From Catajapyx aquilonaris (lineage: Eukaryota): a DNA stretch of 64,000 nt. Within the stretch, counting starts at the first letter, position 1. Each line of letters opens with the position of its first letter. The notes under the pieces were generated by a model. That model was not told the origin of the DNA, did not search any database, and worked only from the letters and a program-made list of their open reading frames with translations. Shown here in pieces: positions 53,615 to 64,000 of the stretch. Location of the stretch: assembly GCA_000934665.2 (NCBI GenBank), contig JYFJ02001845.1, positions 1-64,000 of the forward strand, in the 5' to 3' direction. The position numbers were made by a program, and so were the translations under genes.

Positions 53615-56600
53615 ATGCTGCTCCTTCCGAAATTTGGCGGCACGACATGACGGATGATTATTTTTGCGGCTTCCAGACTTGACCTTGGTGCAAACACCGG
53701 CAACACAGGCCCATAAAACACACTCTACGCATATAGGCACACATACTCCGGGGCCGTGTAATCCACCCGAGGCAGAGCCCGTGATCCTCATCGGTCAGTT
53801 TACGCGCTCATAAAATCCCGGGCTATTGCTCGGCACAATAATTAGCAATGGTGCACCGCGTGGCAATGTGTTCATATGATTATTAAATTGGAACAAAAGC
53901 CCCTGGTTTGCGACTCGCACATGCATTTCCATAGAGGTGTGCCACAATTCAACGCTGAATAGCCGCCGGGAAAATAATGCGGGCAATCCCTCCGAGACTT
54001 TGCCCGCCGCACTTTGGCTCACTGATTTTGATAACTTTGTTGTGCTGCAGACAGGGCCGGGGAAAAGTGTCGGGTATTTTGGCCCCCCATTTTTTGGGGG
54101 ATAGAAAAGCAGGGGAGAGGATGTAATTTTTGGCGGTTTCAGAGATGGATGTTTGCATTACTGGGGTTCGCAGAGTCTCTAAATCAATGCCAGAGAAATT
54201 TAATGCTCTTCCAAATTGCACTCCACATCTGTGTCTTTCCATAGAGCGACAATCGATCAATATGACCATTAGCGATAAGGGCTGGCTAAAAAGGCTGTTA
54301 ATTGGGAGGTAAATAGTTGTTTGCACTGAGAAGAGTGCACTACTCAACCTGCATTTCTGGAAATGTTGGAAAAGTTGTGATCACACACAGATAATTAGCC
54401 GGAGATTAATTATCGACTGGGGGAAAATACGGGCTGAATGACACAACACTGCACACATTGTGAAACACTCTACCATCGTAACATGATTCTTCAATTATTG
54501 AAGGTTCAATTTGCGTCATTCACGAATTAGATTTTTGGCACGCACTGACTGTTTACAACCCACAAACCATATGCACATACCATTCACTACATAAACCCGT
54601 GATGTAAAATTATTAACAATTTCATTTCAGGTTTTGCTAATTGGGCAAGGCAAAGTGACTAAAGGCTATCTGACGCATTTCGAATTATTTTAATCCGACG
54701 GCACATGACCTGCTTATGTAGACGTTCAAAGAATATAATAAAACTATTTTATTCAATATGTACACTTACTGTTAGTGAAAGAATTGGGCATATGTGAATG
54801 TAGACTACTGATGCATTTTGATATTTAAAGCAACAGACCGATGTAAAAAATACATCCCAATTTAATGCCCCTGAATAATAGATGTGCATGAACATATGCG
54901 CATAATTAAGAAAAATGTACAATGCGCATAACTGCAATAAAATTATTCCATGCTTTCATTTATACAGTGTCACCCACGGTAAATAATACTATGCAGAGCA
55001 ACGAATTCCTTCAGGCAATAAACTCTGAAAGGGTTAGATCTACGCATCCCGTAGCTAGCATGATTTATTAAAATAATATTTAAACTTGAGAGACAGTCAA
55101 AACATTGGCTGCAGCAGATGTATCAAGCATACATCAGATCAGTTGGGTTCATAAGGTGAAAATTTGAAGCAAATACCTGCAACTCACATTAAAACATTTC
55201 CCATTCCTCCCAAATTTTTTCCATGCTGATTACAAAACAAAGCACTCCCGCTCGCAAAATAGCAACACGTCGAGTTGTTTGCCGAAAGAGTTCGCACTTC
55301 TCCTCCACTCTAATTCTTCGCTCGCTCGCAAATTCTCCCCGAATTCCAGCTTTGTGAAATCTGAACCCCCCCCCCCCCTGAAACAAGATTCACAACGCTC
55401 CGCAATGAACCAACGACACAGAGAAACCTACAGTTCGAACCCATTTTCAAAAAAAATTAAATATTGCTGACCACAACAGAGTTTCTCCCGTTACACAACA
55501 GAAATGACACGGATACTAGGCAAGCCTGCATTGCATAACCCCTGCTTCCAAAACTATAGAACCATCCCCAAAGCATAAACTTTGTGATGGGACGAAACCC
55601 TATCCCACACAGCAATTACACGCTTCTGGCTCCAGGCAACCCTCTAAGTTGGCCAACCGAACAAACTCTCTTAACCCTCCCCCGGATAAAAAAAAGAAGA
55701 AATCGACTGAGAACCACTCTATACTTCTCCTGGTCTGACCAGAGAGCTTATCAGCCTCGGATAGCATGCAGAGTCGATGGAGCTCACATTACCCTTTTCC
55801 CCGGAACTGACTTTTCGCCCCGGAAAAAAAAGGATCCGGGGGGAAGTGCTGGATGAGCACAACCGGAGCGTCAATCGACAAAAGCACCCCCACGTTTTCC
55901 AACGACACCTAGTCCACCTTAGGGGCCACCGGAGACCTGAGGGGGGATCCCAGAATTGCTAGATCAGGATCCCTGGTTTTTTTTGTATCCGGGACACCAA
56001 ATAGAGGTCACTTGCTCCTGTGGGGGGAAAAAGAAAAGTCCCCGCGAATGGGAAACGGCTAATTGCCCCAGGTGGCTATCCCAAACTACCATTCCGGTTA
56101 ATACGGTTCGGATTCAGATCGAGGGTCCCCAGGAAGTACCACATCTGCCTACGGGGTAGGGGGGCCTAACCCCGTTTTCCGGGGGATTCGGCCCCATTAT
56201 CAGGATGCGGCCCGGAGAGATTCCGGAGAAAGATGATGGTAGGTTGGAGAGTTCATCCGGTTCGTGGTCGGGTTTTTGCCCGCTGAGCTGAACCTACCAG
56301 GGCCTTTTTGCGGCTGTATACTTGGGGCCTAAGTTGGGTCCCGCCGCTAAAGACCTCAAATGGGAGGGGTTTTAAAAGCAGATGCTTCTTATCAGCCAGC
56401 ACCTTTTGGCTAAGAGGTAAATTTAAAGTCAAATGGTAGAAGGAACGAAATATTATTTTATTGTACGTATTTTGCCTGTTGCGTACTTGATTTAGCGAAA
56501 ACTAATATCAACCATAACCCTAAACTTAGAGCGTTTTATTCACAGAAAGGACCCAAGTGAGACGCTTGTTAAATTACACAATATCTATAATACTACATTA

Positions 56601-59600
56601 TTCAAACAATTTCTCACACAAATTATAAGCACACTGGAAATAACATGCGTAACGACATCTCGAGTTAATCTGCTTTTCCGCAGTGTTTCGAAAATAATCT
56701 ACTCCATTTACAAACCCTTAGTGAGGCTTGGCGGAATTTATCAATAACTCTTCCGGCCTGCAAAATATATTTCCCAAAGTTTCCGGTACGTGCTCGTATG
56801 AGATTATTTCCGCGAAAATTCACATACCATGCATAATTCCCCAAGCAGCAATATTCCCTTACCCTGGTTCGAGCCCGATAAGGAAACCACCTCAAGGCCG
56901 TGTACATTGTATTTCAGTACGATGCGCCAGATAAGTCAGCCGAATATTGAAATTCATTGCTTCCAGACATTTTAATAAAGGATGCACCCGCCTCCATTGC
57001 ATTAGGTATAACTCCTTTATTAATGGGTGGGTATAGTACAGTACCGTGTGCGAGCAAGGAAAGGAATTTAGCTTTCTCCAACTTACTGAAGATACACACA
57101 TTTTTTAAAGTGCTATGGGAATAGGAAGTTCAGCTGAACTGACTCATCCTGGAAGTCCGCTAACCTTTGCGACACTATTGCATCACCTGCTGCCTATTTT
57201 CAAGGGGCTAGTGTTAATTTACTGCGGGAGACATTGAGCACTACACTATTGTTGAACTTTAAAGTTGCAATTGCGATTGTTTTGCCTAGTTGCAGTAAAT
57301 CTAATCCATCCCCACAACTTGGTACGGAAACCGGTAAAATACCTCATTCTACTATTCCCTCTTGGCAAATAAAAAAGAAAGTCCTCCTGGGGATTTTTTT
57401 TGGAGCGAACTATTGATCCTTCAGGCCCCACAGCTTAATTGACCAAAATAGCAAGTTCTCAAATAAATCCTAAGCCCGGTTTCGACAGGCTTCCCCCAAA
57501 AAATACACGCAAGTCTTCCCTCCTAAGTAAATGGCGAATTCGCATAGCCTACTTACAGGTCCAGTTTACCATCCAAGCTCTCAAATAACAACTCAGGCCC
57601 CGTTTCTCATCCTCCCATGAGAGTGAGCCTCTGAACTGATTGTAGTGCAGCATCGAGGTATAATTCTGAGAGGGTTGGATAGAGTGGTCTTCTCGCCAAG
57701 AGGGCCATCACTTGACTCGGAAAAGATGGATCGCAGAAACCCCCAATACCGGTCATGAATCATAATCACGCAGGAAGAAGCCTCCGGTTTTTGGGACTCG
57801 GAAAAAAAAACTTGATGTATGGAGTCCTCCGGATATGAGTCCACAGGTGGTGGAGGGGGACACCGGATTCAAAAACCGGTGAGAAATGCGGGCAACTCTC
57901 CCACGTCAATCATATTCCCAACTTTATATGCTTGGGAAATCCTGCCCGCTCATTTAAACCAGCATTAGGCAAATACTGATGAAGCCTAATTTAAACTTGG
58001 CAGCCGTAACTAGTTCCCCATCAAGGTACGAGGCTTGCTTTTGAAAAGTAAGGAGAGGCGTTATTTATCATCCTAATTATGCTTTGTTTGGCGTGCGATT
58101 TTGCTGCCTTGGGATGCCCAGGTGGGCCGCAAAAAAATGGGCTCCGGATATTGGCTGGGCTATAATGCAAAATTAGACCGTGTCCACTGGTGCGGAGGAA
58201 AATTACTCAATTTTATGACTCGTTTACGATTCGCTTTCTTTTGCATTAAAAATGCGCGGGTCGACTATATGCATCGCATTACGAGCAGTGTTTAAAATCA
58301 ACACCAACTTTTTTATTATTCGCAGCACAAATTATCACAATGATGAGACCAAGAGACTATAGAGTGTAACGCGCATGAACGCGGATTACTCCCGGTCTAG
58401 AAAATAACAGCCAAGGCAAACACGAATCGGACTAATTAGCCTATAATCTATTACAGCTTACGTAGCCTCGTTACAAGCCTGCACCTGGCAAATTTTTGCT
58501 ATCCATCCGTGATATGACACAGCAAGATGGGTCTCATAATCGCACGTAACAACCCAGATAAAAGGCTCATGCACATTTTGACAATTGTCCTAAATGCTTA
58601 ATCGTTATTAAGAGGAAAAATCTGGCGCTTGCTTCTAGCAGATTGATAAGATTTTTTTTTTTTACTTTCCCCTGTGCAGGATATTTAACACGAAATCCGA
58701 CCCGTTCACGTGTGTACATTGCCCCTGGTCGTTTTGATTGATGCAGGCAAGGCACGCCCGAAATGTTTGTCCAGCGTTCAGGCTCCATGTGTAAACCGCA
58801 GCTGCTGGCTACGGAAGAGTTTTAATTACTTTTGCAATTTACTAGCCTGGCCCTTGTACCGACCAGCACTCATGCTCTTCCTAAGGGAAGGTGGAGCCTC
58901 TTTCGGGGCCCGCACAACTTTGTCTTCTCCCCCAAAAAAAGTGAAGAAGAGTTGTTTACCGCCCGAGCAAACAGCTGTTGCCATATCTATTACGTGTACC
59001 GATTTAATTAGGGCGGCAGTTATAATAGCCCTTATGGCGCTGGGACAGCAATAAGATTCCAGTTGGCCACAACTGCAGGCTTGTTCTCAGAAATGGTGGG
59101 TGGAAACTCCTAAAATAATTATCCAGAATGTCCACTCGATTAGGTCTGTATTTCTCCTCTGTTTTTTATCCGGAACCATCCGCATCACCGGTGTTGGAAT
59201 GAACCGGTCCGCTTTTTTTTTTAGTTCCGCAATCAAAGCAATTTGGTCAGTTTATGGGATATTTTGCCGCCCCTGTTATTGAGATTTATGATTTTATGCA
59301 TAGAACAATGCGCGGGTTAATTATCAAGTTATAAAAGGCAGCTTTTAAACATGGAACCTACGCAATTAATCCAGTGCGGGGTATTACTCAAATCCTCCTG
59401 CCATAGTCGAACGTCAAATATTTGTAATGTTAATCCACAATTCAATATACTGTATGCACTCAGGCAAAAATTCTTATTAGGCTATTAATTATTAAAATAC
59501 TATTATTAAATTATTATTAATATTATAATTAAAGCAGGTTGAAAGACTGGAGTGCACACGAGGCAGGTCGCAGTTTAGTGCCCTCGTATGAATTAATCGA

Positions 59601-62600
59601 GTCGATGATTTTGGCAAGTTTTTCTGAAGAGCCTCGAGCGCTTTTTTTTCATCTTCCGGTCTGAAAAACATCCGAGTGGATTCGCCCTCGACCTGTTTAT
59701 CAAATATGCCTCCTGGCGTATTTGCAGAAAATTAATTTGCATTTCCACTCGTTCTCCCAGATAGTTTATAATAACACGCACCAGAGCTTAAGATATATAT
59801 TTTTTTCAATTCGCCAGATTTAATATCCAGGATTTTTGGAGGGACCTTGAAAAATATTTATTACTGATGAACACCATTTTGTGCAGAGCAATAACACCTG
59901 TAATATAATTCAACATCAAACATGGGATTTGATTACGCTCTGTGTACAAATCAATCTGTTGACACAAATAGTCATAGAAAAATCTCCATGGACTGATTCA
60001 GCATCAAAAACTATTTTTTTGTCCCCACCAAAATTCCGACTTTTAACCAACTTACTGACCACCTCTCGGACCAATTTTCGTCTCGATTACTGTAAGCAAA
60101 ACCGGCAAGAATCATCCGGTGGAGTGGGAGACCCCCCAAAAAACAAGCTTTTTCTGTAGACTCTATCTTACTGGCTTCTGGCCGTCTTTGGCTCCTCTTA
60201 TTCTTCCTGTTCCTTTCTGGAAAATGGGAGCTGAGCGTGGCGGAGGCGATTTTCTTCTCGAGGTGCGAGTTGGAAGGAGGGAGGGGAGGGGAGGGGGGAG
60301 TTGGGGAGAGGCGGTTGGGCTGATTGAATAACTGAGTCCTCCAAGAATTGCCTTCCACTTGTGAGCATTTTCAGAGCTGGCGCCGCCGAATTGGGAGCCC
60401 GCCCCGTCCTCGCTACTTCCTAGATTAGAAATGCACCGCGGGGCACACAATCATTTGACAACTCGCTCTTCCACTCTGCCCCCTGCCTTTAAATGGGAAA
60501 ATATGCAAATTTGACGGTGGCCCATGTCTTGCCCAACATTAACCTCCCCGAATGTCGACTATGTACATGATGGGAGGGCAAATATTGGAACCATTCGGGT
60601 TGAGTGCAAGTGTTTTACAGTAACAAGTGTCAAAAGAAGTATCCTGGCGCTTTACATGCAATAATCAGCACTCTAGCGAGGTAACGCTTAAATAATAATT
60701 TTGCTATAGTGTCAAGACATGTTCTTCCTTCCAACTATTATGCTGGAGTGCATTTTCCCCAATAATAAATATCAGACCAATATATTTAACAGCGTGTGGA
60801 AAATTTCAACTAAATTTCGTAAGACAGCAATCTGCTTAACTTCTGTACTGATTGGGGTAGCTTAACTCCTAGCATCGCCATTAAGTGCCGTGTAGGCCTT
60901 GGGAGAGGATGGCTTGAAATCCATTACTGCCCTCTAAATAGTTTAAAAATGGTAACGTGGTTAAGCTGATGGACTGGGGATGCTTCCATCTGCTCCACCT
61001 GTCCATCTGTCGCCTGTTTTGCGGTGTAATATTTAGAACGAAAAGTGATAAAATTCATCAAAAGGTGACCTTTGGTTAGGTAATGCAGTACGTTATTTAC
61101 TAAAATGTGCCAATGGCATTCAAATCGGAATGGAACTATGCACCTCCAGGCACAGAAATCCTTTCCTTCCAACCGACTTGTTCGTTTTTTAATGTCTAAA
61201 AATTTGGAAACTCCTGTGTTCATTCAGACATGGCAGCATACATGTTGTTAGGCTGTGACCTAAATGCAAAGTTTCCCCTTGCTGTTTATTCTTTATTATA
61301 TTCGTGTTGTAGGATTAACATACAGTGTTCTGTAAGCGTTTCAAGGGAGGGTGCTTGTTTTTAGGAATATGGTGTGTTGTTTTTGCAAACGAAATTGTAA
61401 CATTCTTAGCTGAGAGGTTCTAAAAGATGCCTTTGTACATAAAAATGCATATGCGAATTCAACGTATTGTAACGGTACGTCGGGAGTCAGGGGTATTTAT
61501 CACTGGAGTATATTTTAATCAATATACCACATGCCCGTATGGCCGTATTTAATATCATTTTTACTTGAATTACGGTCATGAGTGAAAGTAAAATCATTAA
61601 TCATGTACTGTGTTGTAAACCACCTTCGATCTTATCAAACAACCACTAATTCTCATTACGTCGCGTCGGACTGAAATGAGTCCCTCAAAAAAAATAACAC
61701 TCCATAATGTTGCACCAGCAGATCCAAAGCATTTCTAGCCAATTTCCCCCATCACCCCAGCTCCACTTTTTCAGACCAGTAATTTTCCCTACGATAACCG
61801 GAAATGTCAAAGGCTTTATCCCATAACTTGGTTAAGAAGGATCAAGGGGAGGAATTAATTTTCAGTCATTTCGCAGCCCATTCATAGTTGCGTTTCGCGA
61901 TCCCTTGAAACAGGAGGTAACGCAGCAGATAATCAGGCTGGCGGCGGGGCTGAGTAAAGATATCCTCCAAAAAGAGATAATTAGGTGCTCGCCAAAGATA
62001 AACTTTTGAATTTGCCGTGGAAAGTTTGGCCGGCCTCTTGAATTAAACTAATGCACACCACTGTAACGATATCAAGCCTCTCTCTTCTTATTAAGTGATA
62101 TGTTGTTTACACCTGCATGCACAGAGATTGTGATCTGAAGCATCGTTACGTGCACTTGAATGCACAAGCATATTTCACTTCAGCTTTATAAGGAGGGGGC
62201 GAAAAGAAGAGGAGGAAGAAAATTAGCATCGTACAATCTTCGCTCTCTCAACTTGTAAGACCTGCTGAGCAAAAAAAAAACTTCTTCACGAAAGATCTTA
62301 GGGTATAATATGACGAAGGAAAGAGTCGAGGCGGCGTTTTTTTATATATATGGTTTCGCTGCGAATTGTACCAGACTGAGGAAAAATGGTCTCCCCTTTT
62401 TAATTTGCGGAGTTAATTTATAGGGTTAAAAAGGATACACGTGAACCTAAACTAGAGATATAAAGGAAGGAAAGAATTTCATTAGAAGGTTCCGGGTGTC
62501 TCGGTTCGGCTGGCACACTGAGAGGCTTTTCCCCCCATTCCATTTTCCTAAGCCATTAACGACTCCAGTCATAAAACTCTTACTCTCTCACTACCTTCAT

Positions 62601-64000
62601 TATCCATAAGAGTCGCCGGTGTCAATTATCTTACCAAGTGGGACGCGGAGAAAGGCTTTTCCACTCCTCAATTAAAGGTACTGCAAGGTACCACACATCA
62701 GGTGCAGTGTCGCCACATCATACCTGAACATTCACTTGTGTGTGTTTGTGATGTTTCCACTTTTATTTCCACTTTCTGGTGGTATAAAAAATATGAAAAG
62801 TAAACATATTTTTAAATTACAAGTTGGTAAACACAGCATATTCAGTATCATAAGTAGAAGTTCAGCATCAACAGAGCTCTCTAAAGCTTGGGGTGCATGT
62901 TGATTATTATGCATGAAAATAAATTTATAATAAAGTTCCCTGGTTCTGTAGGTTAGCTACTGTAGGAGCTTCAGACAATAATTCAGCACTTCCTGGTCCG
63001 CCAAAATGTTTCGGTGGCAACTGCATAAAGTTAGTGCAATTTCAGTGCAAGTAAATAACTTGCAGAATATCACATTACACTATATTCGATTTACGAGGTT
63101 AGCTCCTCTACCGGCAGTATTTGCAAGCGCAAGTACAAGCTTTTTAATAATTCTTGAAGTCATCCTTTTTCGGATGCGGGCTGTTAAAACAGCGAAAAAC
63201 ATTCAATTATTTCATATTGCTTGTCCAATATTCCCCCCTTGAAAGCGAACATGCCCCAGGAAAATTTTCTCATCATTCACATTTGACTTCCCTGCCTGCC
63301 ATACACAGGGGGAGCCTGCATCTGCAACTTTTCACTCGTGTTTGAACTTGAATGATAAAACTACACGGTTAATACACACAACTCACGCCCAAACGTCTGC
63401 ACATTATGTTGAATATAACTTTTTTTTACCCTCGATGACAAAAATTAATAACATCCTAAAAAGTTCATTCAGCACATCATACTGTCCAACATAAAGACGC
63501 GGAAAATATTCATGCATGTCAAAAGTAACTTCTGTGGCAGGTATATCATTAAAAAAATAACTGAATAACTTCTACTGCAAGCCATAATGTTATACTCCCA
63601 CACAAAGCCTGCACCTTACAAAATCTCCAGCTAAAAAACACACTCGGCATGTTTTCGCTTCAAATCATCCAACCACTCTGATCCAAATCCCGCAAAAAAT
63701 CGCTTAAACCTTCCCCCTAGTACATAAAATTCCTGAATGTGTGCTAAAACTAGCTTGAAGAAAGGAGGGTTGAGCTTTGGTGTAGAAGGGGAAAAAATGG
63801 CAGTTGGGACGAGGCCGAGTTCGCCCGCAGCCCATTCTCCATGTCTGTCGTCAATGCTCGACTCCTATCACCAAGGTCTAGGGAAGATTCGTTTTCTACC
63901 TGAATGTCACAGAGCCATTACCACAGGGCCTCTCTATCTCCCCCTACTATCTCACGTCGTAAGAAAAAAAAGGAGATTTGCCCGGGGATGAGATAGGTTG

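Noticed and set aside
56866..56876. GGTTCGAGCCC B-box-like motif (tRNA or SINE)
   Set aside because: No A-box at proper spacing and no cloverleaf stems.
10643..64000. Dscam-like array of duplicated alternative Ig exons
   Set aside because: By eye I found no additional copies of either Ig1 exon on either strand; a TBLASTN of the two exon peptides against the window would be decisive.
1..64000. Prokaryotic-type systems (CRISPR array, operons, defence islands)
   Set aside because: No regularly spaced direct repeats and no long dense ORFs; the sequence is intron-containing eukaryotic DNA.

Overview
Eukaryotic, almost certainly arthropod, genomic DNA that is more than 99% non-coding. The only coding sequence I can support is two minus-strand exons (10642-10545 and 4520-4313). 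They splice in frame across a 6024-bp GT-AG intron and encode the complete first Ig domain of a DIP (Dpr-interacting protein; IgLON/lachesin-like) neuronal cell-surface protein, most like the Drosophila DIP-eta/theta group. The next exon (expected to start V-P-P-D) is not in 1-4312 and probably lies left of the window. I could not identify the signal-peptide exon, so 10643-64000 is either a very large 5' intron or upstream intergenic DNA. The non-coding DNA holds two MITE-like elements, two long near-perfect palindromes, degenerate TTAGG-like tracts, an AT-rich degenerate repeat and some candidate regulatory motifs. The other ORFs in the track look like chance ORFs. I found no convincing evidence for a novel multi-gene system; the findings are modest structural observations.
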